A stretch of DNA of 64,000 nt. It comes from a bacterium. GTDB taxonomy: Bacteria; RBG-13-61-14; DATKZS01. The stretch spans positions 64,001-128,000 of the forward strand of contig CAXXFL010000001.1 in NCBI GenBank assembly GCA_963674965.2, in the 5' to 3' direction. Both the position numbers and the translations under genes were made by a program. Below, piece after piece: positions 52,020 to 60,835 of this stretch; position 1 is the first letter of the stretch; every line of letters starts with the position of its first letter. The notes under the pieces are model-generated. The model worked only from the letters and a program-made list of their open reading frames with translations, had not been told where the DNA came from and did not search any database.

Positions 52020-52378
52020 AGGCCGCCCTCCCTCACGTGGGACGGCACGGCCGAAAGGTACTGGCCCAGGGCGATGGGTATGAGCGGACAGCGCTCGGCC
52101 AGGGCGTCCTTCCACCCGCCGCGCTCCTCCCCGGCGCCCGGCGAGGGCGCGCCGTCGATCTCGAGGTCGCCCTCCCCCACGCCGGTCACGCAGGCCAGGC
52201 CCAGCTCGAGGTTGGCGTGAAGGGCCCGGAGCGCGTCCTCATCCTCGCCGCCGCGGGGCATCTTCTTCACCATGGTCTCGATCACCTCGTCCATGGCCGG
52301 CCTTCTGTACCTCACCCGTATCTCGTCGTCTCCGACCCTTAGTCTCAGTTCTCCCTCTTTGCCGATCCTTAACGTCAT
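52010..52378 (-). CDS. Tail assembly chaperone (gpG-like)
   Basis: Start MTLRIG at 52378 (AAGGA RBS); between tail tube and tape measure; ends GGC CTA AAA AAA TAG. Confidence 0.65.
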   Translation of the reverse strand: MTLRIGKEGELRLRVGDDEIRVRYRRPAMDEVIETMVKKMPRGGEDEDALRALHANLELGLACVTGVGEGDLEIDGAPSPGAGEERGGWKDALAERCPLIPIALGQYLSAVPSHVREGGLKK

Positions 52379-52407
52379 GGCTTTATCCTTTCCGGCCCGG
52401 GCCGATT

Positions 52408-53682
52408 TTAAAGGTATCCGTCCACGCGGTTGTGGCAGCGTATAATCGCGCCGCCGCAAACGCCGTCGTCCATCACCACCAGGTCGCCCTCCTCGGAGAG
52501 CCGGCCGCCGCCGCTTACGATGGCCGACTTGACCAGCCCGCACCTGGGGAAAATCAGCTCGGCCCCGAAGCGCTCGCCTCCCTCGTCGATTTGGGCGCCC
52601 TCGAGCAAAAGGGCCAGCGCCAGGGTCTCCGTCTCCGGGTTGTCCGCCCGCCATCTGCCGACCGTGTTCCTCAGTCCCTCCGACAGGCTGATGGTGATCT
52701 CTCTCGCGCCGCGAAGCGCCAGGGCCGCCGGTCCCGAGTCGCCGGGAAACCTTTTCAGCTCGAGGTTGTTCTTGCCGGAAACGGAAATGGACTCGATCCC
52801 GGAGGATATGGTCTGGCCTCCCAGCAGGGTGGTCCCGTCGAAATAGGCGTCGGCTATAACTCTTGAGTCGATAAGCTTGAGGGGCGACTCGGCGGCCTCG
52901 GCGGGAAAGGCGGCCCAGTCCGGCGCGGGGACCAGGTAGTCCAGGTGGAACTGGACGTCCGAGGAGGACGAGCCGAGGGGCTGGACAAAGGTAATAACCG
53001 CGGGCTCGCCGTCGGACACGGAGGCGACCTCGAGGGTCGTCCAGGCCTGGCTTCCGGCGTCTTTGGCCCGGACCCGGTAGAGGTTGCCAAGACGCTCCAG
53101 AGCGGTGGCCCCCGCCACCTTGTTCGAGGCCAGCGTGATGGAGGCCGAGTCGGCCGGGGCCTCGATTACCTCGCGCTCGTAGTCGGTCTCGCGCGCGCCG
53201 GTCCCGATGACCTCGGCCGAGGCCGTGACCCATCCCTCCCCCAGCCCGATGGTGAAGGACTCGATAAAGTTACCCGAAAGGCGCTCGGTGAAAATCCCCG
53301 CGCCCCTTCGCTGCACGGCGGTGAAGCTGGGAAGCTCGAGGCCGGGAGCGGGACCGATTACGTGCTCGAAGGCCGTCGCGCCGACGGCCGCCGTCTGGAC
53401 CTCGCCGAGGAAATAGGCGAGGACGAAGGCGATGAAATCGGGCCTGGCCCGGGACTGGGCCAGGGAGCCCAAGGCGCCTCGAGCGGCCGAGAAAAGCCGG
53501 GTGGGAAACTCGGAGCCCGTAATCGAGCCGGCGTCGGTTTCTACCTCGGCCGAGCTTTGTATCCATGACCCCGGATCGAGCGGGAAAGAGGCCCCCGCCC
53601 GATTGGACGGCTGGTTCACCGCCTCTTCCGCGCCCCTGTAAAGGGCGATCCTTCCCAGGGCCTCGAGATTGTTCTTGATCAT
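52408..53682 (-). CDS. Putative major tail tube protein, possibly with an inserted accessory domain
   Basis: Start MIKNN at 53682 (AAGGAGG RBS); LPSFT, IESFTI...TASAEVIG.G, ISVSGKNNL, ELIFPRC; no sheath gene. Confidence 0.65.
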   Translation of the reverse strand: MIKNNLEALGRIALYRGAEEAVNQPSNRAGASFPLDPGSWIQSSAEVETDAGSITGSEFPTRLFSAARGALGSLAQSRARPDFIAFVLAYFLGEVQTAAVGATAFEHVIGPAPGLELPSFTAVQRRGAGIFTERLSGNFIESFTIGLGEGWVTASAEVIGTGARETDYEREVIEAPADSASITLASNKVAGATALERLGNLYRVRAKDAGSQAWTTLEVASVSDGEPAVITFVQPLGSSSSDVQFHLDYLVPAPDWAAFPAEAAESPLKLIDSRVIADAYFDGTTLLGGQTISSGIESISVSGKNNLELKRFPGDSGPAALALRGAREITISLSEGLRNTVGRWRADNPETETLALALLLEGAQIDEGGERFGAELIFPRCGLVKSAIVSGGGRLSEEGDLVVMDDGVCGGAIIRCHNRVDGYL

Positions 53683-53702
53683 TTCGATTCCTCCTTGATC
53701 CT

Positions 53703-54227
53703 TTAAAGGGCGAGTCCGGGACAAAAAGGCACGGCGACCTCGATCCCGGTCAGTGACGAGGCCATGGCGCCGTCGGTCCCCGTTTCGGTTTCATTGATCC
53801 GCGTCTGGATGATCGAGCAGGTCAGGGTCCCTTCCCCTCCCTCGATGGATTCGGCCAGCGCCTGCATGGGAGCGTCGGCGCGGTTCTGGGAACGCAGGAC
53901 CCGCTCGATCCTGGCGGCGATCCTTTTAATTTCGTCCTCGATCTTTTCCCTGTCCCTGCCGCGATGGGCCGCTCGGACCTCGAGCGCGAATATCTTGTTC
54001 ATGCGGGCGGCCGGGCACGCGGGCGTCTCGGTCTTGCCCGAGGCCCGGACCAGGACCGCGGGGAACTGGGAGGCCGCGAGGCTGTCGGGCGGTGAGCCGC
54101 CGCGCCCGAAGGTCCTCACCGCGGGACCGGCCGCCCGGTTCAGTCCGCCTTCCCCGGAGTCGGCCAGGAGCGTTTCGATCACTTTTTCCTCGACCTCGAG
54201 GTAGTCTCCATTCGCCAGGTTCGTCAT
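53703..54227 (-). CDS. Putative tail terminator/completion protein
   Basis: Position before the tail tube; QFPAVLV...F.LEV...I..I.RVL. Confidence 0.5.
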   Translation of the reverse strand: MTNLANGDYLEVEEKVIETLLADSGEGGLNRAAGPAVRTFGRGGSPPDSLAASQFPAVLVRASGKTETPACPAARMNKIFALEVRAAHRGRDREKIEDEIKRIAARIERVLRSQNRADAPMQALAESIEGGEGTLTCSIIQTRINETETGTDGAMASSLTGIEVAVPFCPGLAL

Positions 54228-54242
54228 GGCTTTTCCCCTTCC

Positions 54243-55034
54243 TCATCCCGGCCAGGGCCACTCGACGCCGCCGTCGGAACGGGACAGCTCTCCCCGATAC
54301 GCTGACACGGGACCTCGGTAGCCGGGCAGCCGCAGGACGGGGGTCTTGCCCTCCGAGGGCGTGAGGCGCATGAGCAGGGAAAGGGCGCGCTGATAAAGCT
54401 CCTCGTCGGCCCGGGCGTTGGCCCTTCCCATGAAGGACGCGCATTGCCAGGCGGACAGCTTGCGGCACGCGGTCTCGACCACCGCGGGCGTGGGCGTCTC
54501 GTCGTGGATCGAGGGAAAGGGCACGTCATAGCAAACGCGGAGGAAGGCGTCGATTTTGCGCGAGGCCTCGGCGATGGCCATGCTCACCATTTCCTCGGTG
54601 AACTCCTCGGGCCAGGCGCCGGGCAGCTCGGCCGCGACCCTTGCCGGCGTCGAGTAAAGAGGTCCCTCGACGCTTCCGGCCGCGACCTCGAAGGCCGCCA
54701 GCACGGTCGGATACGGGAAAACCTCGACCCCCGAGACGCGGGCGTAAACGTGGGCCTCGGCCACGCCGGCGGCGAAGCTCGCGAGCTCGATTCCCCCCAC
54801 GTACAAGAAGGGGCCGCCCTCCTGGTTCTGGGTCTCGTGATAGTCGTTGCCTTGCAGGATGGGGGGATCGCCGCCCGCGGTCGCCGCGGCCCTGACCGTT
54901 CCCCCGGCGTCGCGGAACTCGACCTTAAGGTCCGGGTCGTCCCAGTCCGGCAGGGTCCAGTGACCCAGGCCGTCGGGCACGCGGAAGTCGAAGCCGGCCT
55001 TTTCCGATCTCGAAAAAACTGGAAGCGAGTTCAT
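54243..55034 (-). CDS. Putative head-tail adaptor (Mu gp36/SPP1 gp15-like C-domain) with extra N-terminal beta domain
   Basis: YSTP..V...I.EAS.KIDAFL...Y.VPF....P.VV...C..L..W...Y..A...L. Confidence 0.65.
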   Translation of the reverse strand: MNSLPVFSRSEKAGFDFRVPDGLGHWTLPDWDDPDLKVEFRDAGGTVRAAATAGGDPPILQGNDYHETQNQEGGPFLYVGGIELASFAAGVAEAHVYARVSGVEVFPYPTVLAAFEVAAGSVEGPLYSTPARVAAELPGAWPEEFTEEMVSMAIAEASRKIDAFLRVCYDVPFPSIHDETPTPAVVETACRKLSAWQCASFMGRANARADEELYQRALSLLMRLTPSEGKTPVLRLPGYRGPVSAYRGELSRSDGGVEWPWPG

Positions 55035-56422
55035 TTTCTCCTCCATATTTCAGGTTGTCTTCTTATCGCCGCGCCGGGAACGCGAGGCTCGGTGACCTGC
55101 TCGAAGCCGGCGTCGATGGACATGGCCCTGGTCTTTCCCGAGGCGCCGCGGCCGGACCAGGGCCGTCCCAGGCCGAGGCAGGGGCTGAAGGTCCGGGGCG
55201 CGAGCCCGGCGTCGAGGAGGGGGTCGGTCTCGAGGGACGCCTGGTCCGTTCCCGTCCTGGCCCTCCACTCTTCCAGGCCCAGCGACTCTCCTCCCACCAC
55301 CGCCATAGCTCCGGACGAGCCGGGATGGAAACAGTTGCCGTCCGAGCGAAGGACCCGGACCTCGGCCGCGGCGTCGGCCCTAATGCACTCGAACTGGGAG
55401 CTTCCCCTTTCGAGGACGTTATTCATCATTCCCGCCAGGATGAGGGCCTTGTCACCCACGTGGCGGACGCCGAAGGAGTTGGCCTTGGCCGAGTTGTTGG
55501 CCAGGACGAAATAGACCTCGGCGTCGTTATAAATCCATTGGAAGCCGCCCATGGAGCGGCATCCGCTCATCTCGACCATGGTCTTGTAATCGTTTGGCGC
55601 CCCGGCGTAAGTCCCGGCGGCCTGGAAGGTCATGTCCTTAAAGTCGCAGCGCCTGATCGCGAGAAGGTCGGCGTTGACCAGGCAGACCCCGATATCGAGC
55701 GGCTTCTCGGGTGACCCCTCGAAGAGGCACTCCTCGATCCGCCAGTCCCGGACGACGGCGCTCCCGGGCCGGGCCGGCAGGATTCCCACCAGGGCGCCGG
55801 TGAACTTGATCCTCCTTACCCTCACGCTTCCCACGTCGCCGCTCTCGAGGCAGGCGCCGGCGTCCTCGCCGTCGAAGGTCACGGCGTTTCCCTCCTCGGC
55901 GTCTATCACCAGGGGATGGGCGGCGGTCGGGCTCAGGGTCGAGAGCGAAAGGGTCGCTCCCGAAACTCCCTGCCCGTAAACGCCGGCCCAGCCGCGAGCG
56001 TAATGGGTCTCGGCGAACTCGGACGGCCCGACCCAGGACAGGAGCGCGTCCAGGGCGGTTTGGGGCGAGCCGTAAGTCCGGCCCGGCCCGTAGTCCCACA
56101 CGGTCGAATGGGAGCGGTCCAGGCCCTCGGGGCCGGGGACGAGGGTCAGGGACGAGCCGAGGTTGGCCACGCGAAACGCGGCGCAGCGGGCGGCCGACTC
56201 GGCGGCGATGAACTCGCCGTCCTTGAATATAAGCGCCCTTTGTTTGAAGGAGGGCGGGTCTTTTTTCCTGAGGGCGGGCGGCAGGGCGCCGACCTTGTGG
56301 GCGCGCCACAGCCTTCCGCTTTTCTCGTAGTCCGTGGGCTCGACTCCATCGGGCATGGCGGCCGAGACCCATCCCTTGGGCAGGACGCCGTAGTCCTTGT
56401 CGACGATCAGCAAAGTGGGCAT
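55031..56422 (-). CDS. Right-handed beta-helix (pectate-lyase-like) protein
   Basis: IEECLF, IRRCDF, ANNS, MNNVL, SDGNCF repeats; C-terminal DPLL...SPCL..G...DAGFEQ. Confidence 0.6.
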   Translation of the reverse strand: MPTLLIVDKDYGVLPKGWVSAAMPDGVEPTDYEKSGRLWRAHKVGALPPALRKKDPPSFKQRALIFKDGEFIAAESAARCAAFRVANLGSSLTLVPGPEGLDRSHSTVWDYGPGRTYGSPQTALDALLSWVGPSEFAETHYARGWAGVYGQGVSGATLSLSTLSPTAAHPLVIDAEEGNAVTFDGEDAGACLESGDVGSVRVRRIKFTGALVGILPARPGSAVVRDWRIEECLFEGSPEKPLDIGVCLVNADLLAIRRCDFKDMTFQAAGTYAGAPNDYKTMVEMSGCRSMGGFQWIYNDAEVYFVLANNSAKANSFGVRHVGDKALILAGMMNNVLERGSSQFECIRADAAAEVRVLRSDGNCFHPGSSGAMAVVGGESLGLEEWRARTGTDQASLETDPLLDAGLAPRTFSPCLGLGRPWSGRGASGKTRAMSIDAGFEQVTEPRVPGAAIRRQPEIWRRK

Positions 56423-56507
56423 GGGGTAACTCCCTTTCCTATGGCTTGGTCATTATCGTCCGCGGCGGGGCTCGGGGCTCGGCGGCCGCGGGCCTTGCTT
56501 CCCCGGA

Positions 56508-57506
56508 TCAGGACGCGGCGCAGCGCCTGAGCTGCTCGGGTTCTCCCACGATGGCGCCGTACCTTCCCCACCCGGCGGTGGTCTCGGCGTAGGCGAGCAC
56601 GTCGCGCTCGGACAGCACGGTCAGGTCCATCCTGTTGCCGCTTTTTATCTTCCTTCCCGGCAGGGCCACGAAGTATTTGCCCGTCTCGGGCGTGGACAGG
56701 TCCTGGCTTTTAAGGCGCGTGGTGACGGCCAGCTTGACGTTGAAGTTGACCTCCCCCGCGTCGCCCGTGACCTGGCCGGAGACGGTGAGACGCAGAGCGT
56801 TCCTCATCCGGGACATGAGCTGGACCGGGCAGAGCACCACGAAGGACGAGTTGGCGTTGACCTCCATGCCCAGTCCCTCCATGTCATCGAGTATGGCGGC
56901 GCAGGCGGCGTTGATGGTCTCGGCGTCGCGGACGGCCTTGTCCTCGCCGGCCTCTCCCGCCCAGGCCACGTCCGAGTCGGGCCTCGCGGCGCTGATGAGG
57001 TCGTAATGGGCCTGGGCCTTGTGGGCGTACCATTTCGAGCGGAACTCTTTGGAGGCGTCCTCGATTTTCCAGTGCTCCTCGTCGTCGAACCACAGCCGAG
57101 ACCAGCCCAGGGCCCCGCCGTAAAGGTCGAAGTCCACGGTCACCTTCTCGCCGCTCACCTTGAAGACGTGGGCCTTCTCCCCCGGCTTGACGGCCCGAAA
57201 GCTGAGGCCGGAGGAAACGTCGACCAGGTCGAAGCCGTTCTTGCGCGTGCCCGTGAAGTCGATCACGTCGAACACCTCCATCCATCCCGCGTCGGGGTCC
57301 TCGACCTGGTGGTAGCGCGAGATGGCCTCGAGGGCGTCCTCGGGGAAGTCCCCCGGCGAGGTGAACTCCGAGACCCGGGCCAGGGTCTCGGCCGCCGCCG
57401 CCCGCGGACGGTCCATGAAGTACTGCACCGCCTCGATGAAGCGCTCTTGTCCGTCCGCGTCGGAAAGGTCAACCTTGTTCCAGTCGGATATCATCATTCC
57501 TTTCAT
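56508..57506 (-). CDS. Major capsid protein (HK97 fold, Mu gpT-like)
   Basis: 332 aa after the cement gene; F..VKPGE.A...YGGALGWSR.W.DD, VVLCP..L, YF...P, GWGRYGA; GGAGGAG RBS. Confidence 0.75.
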   Translation of the reverse strand: MKGMMISDWNKVDLSDADGQERFIEAVQYFMDRPRAAAAETLARVSEFTSPGDFPEDALEAISRYHQVEDPDAGWMEVFDVIDFTGTRKNGFDLVDVSSGLSFRAVKPGEKAHVFKVSGEKVTVDFDLYGGALGWSRLWFDDEEHWKIEDASKEFRSKWYAHKAQAHYDLISAARPDSDVAWAGEAGEDKAVRDAETINAACAAILDDMEGLGMEVNANSSFVVLCPVQLMSRMRNALRLTVSGQVTGDAGEVNFNVKLAVTTRLKSQDLSTPETGKYFVALPGRKIKSGNRMDLTVLSERDVLAYAETTAGWGRYGAIVGEPEQLRRCAAS

Positions 57507-57538
57507 TTTCTCTCCTCCCTCGATCATGCCCGAGGCGA

Positions 57539-57901
57539 TCAGTCCAGGACCATAAGGTCGATCAGCGCCGTCTCGTCCGAGGCGGCCGCCGCCTCGAGCG
57601 CCCTTCCGCAGGCCACGTTGTCCGTGGACTGGGGAGTCACAACGCCCGCCGACTCGTCGAAGTAAACCCGGTCGCCGGGCGATAAGGTCTCGCCCGAGGC
57701 CTTGGGCGCGAGTATCTTCTCGGCCTCATAGACCAGGACGAAGTCCGAGTTCTCGGGCGCGTCCTCGACCACCACGCCCACCGTGTCGTTCACCACGATC
57801 ATGTCGCCGGCCGACCGGCCCTCGCCCGCGCCCGCGGTCGCCCGCAGGGTCTTGGCCCGGCTTATGCTCGTCCTTAATTTCAATCCCGTCTCAGTCACCA
57901 T
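57539..57901 (-). CDS. DUF2190-like capsid cement/decoration protein
   Basis: AGD.IV....GV...K..GETL..GDRVYFD....VT......CG.ALEAAA. Confidence 0.75.
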   Translation of the reverse strand: MVTETGLKLRTSISRAKTLRATAGAGEGRSAGDMIVVNDTVGVVVEDAPENSDFVLVYEAEKILAPKASGETLSPGDRVYFDESAGVVTPQSTDNVACGRALEAAAASDETALIDLMVLD

Positions 57902-57928
57902 TTCCTTCTCCTTTCATTTCACGCTCGG

Positions 57929-59044
57929 TTAGAATCCTCGGGGACGGGGTATTAGGGGATTGTCCCGTCCCGCTCCCCACCGACGCGGCCTCTCGGGAGG
58001 GGCCGCCGACCGACCGACCGGCCAGGCCGACTTGAGCCTGTCGATCTTCCTCATCTCCGACTCGATCCTCTCTTTAAGCTCTAGCTCGAAGCCCGCTCCC
58101 TTCAGCGGCGGCCTGGTCACCAGGTCCTCGATGATGATCTCCCTTTCGATCCGGCCCAGGCTCGTGCCCTCGAGCATCCTGGCCGCGTCCACTCTGGCCT
58201 TTTCCGAAAGACGAGCCATGCGGGCCGCCTTTTTCAGCCTGGACAGCTCGCGGCCGGCGCGGCGGAGCTTTCCGTTCTTGGCCTCGAGTCCTTGCTCGAG
58301 GCCCTCCACCTTGGCGGCCTCCTTTCGGATCACGTCCGCCACGACCGGGTCGGACATGAGGCGCTCGCGGCCGAAAAGCTCCGAGGGAAGGGTCTCGGCC
58401 GGCGCGTCCGTTTCGCCGTCGCCGCCTTGCCTTTCGCCCGGCTCCTCGAACTCCTCGACCGCCGCCAGCACCGAGGCGTAGGCGAAGCCGGGACGGTCAT
58501 GGCCCGACCGGCCCAGGGCCACGCCCGTCACCTTCCTGACCGCGTCCACTATCCAGGCGCCGGAACTCCCGTCCTCACCGTGGCACTCGATCTCGGCCTC
58601 GATCGAGCACACGTCCAGGCGGCCCGACCGTATGTCCCGTTTGACCTCCGGGTCAGTCACCGCGGCCAGGCCCACGGCGCTGAGAAGTCCGTTCACCCTT
58701 CTCTCGCCGGCGGACACCACCTCGCCCACCTTGCGCCTGACCGCTCCCGCCGGGGCGTGGCAAAGGTAGAGGGGAACGCCGCTCCCCAGCCGGGCGGCCA
58801 GCTCGCGGACGCGCTCGCGGCTCCAGAACTTCCTTCTCGGAGAACCGCCCTTTCCGTCGTCGCTCATCCTTCCCCGCGAGTAGCCCTCGTGCCCCGCCAC
58901 CAGCTCGACGAACAGGGGACTCGAGTCCATTTCCTCGATCCGCCGGCGGAATCCCTCTCCCACCCGGGCCCTGGCCTCGAGGGCGTCGGTCTCCGTCGGG
59001 CCCGCGGCCACGAGGGTCAGGCCGGTTACCATTGTCTTTTTCAT
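57929..59044 (-). CDS. Prohead protease-scaffold fusion
   Basis: YLCH, VGEVV, I.SG.LD.CSIE, TGVAL...PGF..A, then coiled coil. Confidence 0.65.
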   Translation of the reverse strand: MKKTMVTGLTLVAAGPTETDALEARARVGEGFRRRIEEMDSSPLFVELVAGHEGYSRGRMSDDGKGGSPRRKFWSRERVRELAARLGSGVPLYLCHAPAGAVRRKVGEVVSAGERRVNGLLSAVGLAAVTDPEVKRDIRSGRLDVCSIEAEIECHGEDGSSGAWIVDAVRKVTGVALGRSGHDRPGFAYASVLAAVEEFEEPGERQGGDGETDAPAETLPSELFGRERLMSDPVVADVIRKEAAKVEGLEQGLEAKNGKLRRAGRELSRLKKAARMARLSEKARVDAARMLEGTSLGRIEREIIIEDLVTRPPLKGAGFELELKERIESEMRKIDRLKSAWPVGRSAAPPERPRRWGAGRDNPLIPRPRGF

Positions 59045-60360
59045 ATCTCTCCTCCTTCCTCTTCCTTACTGGGCTGGAAGACTTCCATCCCGCTTTCGCC
59101 CCTCGAGGCGGCCTCCTGTTTTTCCTTGTCGGGATCGACGTCGGGCAAAAGCCCCAGCAGGGTATCGAGCCCGATGGCGCCGGCCTGGAAGAGGGGCAGG
59201 TATAGCTCGGTGAGCCGCTCGATCTGGGCCCTGGTGACGAACTTCATGGAGGGTCTGACCTTGCCCTTCTTGAGGGGCGCGGCGCTCGCGAGGGCGTTTT
59301 CATTCCTCAGCTCGATGGCCTTGTCGAACAGCTCGGAGAACCCTCCCAGCCAGGAGCGCTGCTCGGAGATGGACACCAGGGCCACGGGCTCCATGGTGTT
59401 GTCGGCGGTGGCGCGGTTGCTCATGAACTCGGGAAAGCCCAGAAACTGCACGGGCACTCCCGCGCCTCCGGCGAGAATTTTGACCTTTGTCTCGATCTCG
59501 CGCTGGATGGAGTCGTATCCGGAGTCGCTCATGCCCACGAGGGAGAAGTCGGCCGGCCCGACGAAGACCTTTCCGATCTTCCAGTCCACGCCGGGAGCGA
59601 GAAGGCGCTCGTAAAGGTCCATGGCCTCCCGGACGTCCCGGGTCTTGAAGTAGGGGGTGGGCGAGGCGAAAAAGCGGTTGATCTTGCGCCAGTCGCGCAG
59701 GGCGTGGTCCACGTCCTCGGCCTCCTGGAGGAGCCCCGAAAGGGTCGGCGCCCCCTCGCGGCCGTGCACGCGGGCGTTGAACTTGATGAAGACGGCGCGC
59801 TCGGGAGGCACGCTCACCTCGCCTCCGTTTTCGTCCTCATAGGTGATGGCCGTTATTTCCGCGTAGTCGTCGCGGGCGTACTCGACCTCGTAGCGCGAGT
59901 CGTTCCAGGAGATGAAACGCGTCTTGATTGAGTCGGCCGCGGGTTCGTAATCGAGGGTGAGGAGCACCTGTCCCTCGAGTTCCTTCTCGACGGCGAGCTG
60001 CTGCCCGAACTGCCCGTCGAGGCGGTTCTCCCGGATAAGGCGGCGGAGGAACTCGAGCTCGGGTCCGGGTCCCTCGCCCGGAAGCGGCGCCGCCGACAAC
60101 CCGTTGGCCATGGCGAAGGCGGCCCTCGTGTCCACCAGACGCTGCACGAGCTGGTTGCCCGAGCGGGCGTAGCCCTTGTACTTTTGCACCAGTTCCGAGA
60201 CCAGTCTCTCCCGGTCCCGGTAGGGGTTGGCCGCCGGGATTGACTGGCCCGCCGCTCTTCCCGCCTTGAAGGACAAAACCTCTGACACGTACTCCTCGGT
60301 ACGGGCCAGCTTGATCTCGAGTTCCTTTGCCCTCGTCTTCCATTTCGATCTTCCAAACAT
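59041..60360 (-). CDS. Portal protein
   Basis: 439 aa, first gene of the cluster; V.R.VD..AAF, FIKFN...EG.P.L, GVPVQFLG....SNRATA; GGAGG RBS. Confidence 0.75.
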   Translation of the reverse strand: MFGRSKWKTRAKELEIKLARTEEYVSEVLSFKAGRAAGQSIPAANPYRDRERLVSELVQKYKGYARSGNQLVQRLVDTRAAFAMANGLSAAPLPGEGPGPELEFLRRLIRENRLDGQFGQQLAVEKELEGQVLLTLDYEPAADSIKTRFISWNDSRYEVEYARDDYAEITAITYEDENGGEVSVPPERAVFIKFNARVHGREGAPTLSGLLQEAEDVDHALRDWRKINRFFASPTPYFKTRDVREAMDLYERLLAPGVDWKIGKVFVGPADFSLVGMSDSGYDSIQREIETKVKILAGGAGVPVQFLGFPEFMSNRATADNTMEPVALVSISEQRSWLGGFSELFDKAIELRNENALASAAPLKKGKVRPSMKFVTRAQIERLTELYLPLFQAGAIGLDTLLGLLPDVDPDKEKQEAASRGESGMEVFQPSKEEEGGEI

Positions 60361-60835
60361 TTGATCCTCCCCTGAACTTGTTTTTTGCCTCTTACTAATG
60401 GCGAAACGGGCGCGTTTTTGTGGACCCCGGGTTGACGAAAAAGGGAAATGGGGGCGCGAGAAGGATATGCCGACGTGTAATTACTCGGCGTTACGGGAGG
60501 TTATGAAACGCGAAAAATTTTTCGTCCATCCTCCCTTGACGAGTTCAATTCAACCGTGACTCGACGAAAATAGGACTCGTTTATGGCCCCGCCTCGCGAC
60601 CTTAAGAGATCGTTACGCCGGGAGAATGGGCGCCCGGACGCCCGGCGGCGGCCGCCGCGAAATACGGGCTTGCTTGAGTCGGTTTCTTGAGATAATTTTT
60701 AGTCGTGTCCTTTTACCGCCCGGTCACGCCGGGCGCGGGCCCCTAGTTCACATCGCGGGTTCAAGGGGCCGCCTATTTCTTCCCGGCTCGGAAAGGCCTT
60801 CTCGAGGCGGGAGTTAAAAAATCGAGGAGGAGTGA

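Larger units (their letters stand above)
47053..60360 (-). other. Phage-derived head/non-contractile-tail/lysis gene cluster (GTA-like or domesticated prophage remnant)
   Basis: 15 co-oriented, tightly packed ORFs in canonical siphovirus order; no terminase, integrase, repressor or replication gene between the flanking host genes. Confidence 0.85.

Noticed and set aside
56508-57506. Encapsulin nanocompartment
   Set aside because: The capsid gene is accompanied by portal, protease, adaptor and tail genes
47053-60360. Complete inducible prophage, PICI-type satellite, or contractile system (R-tailocin/eCIS/T6SS)
   Set aside because: No integrase, repressor, primase/replication, terminase or att sites; no sheath or baseplate wedge genes; head genes argue against a plain tailocin. 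A decayed prophage is not fully excluded
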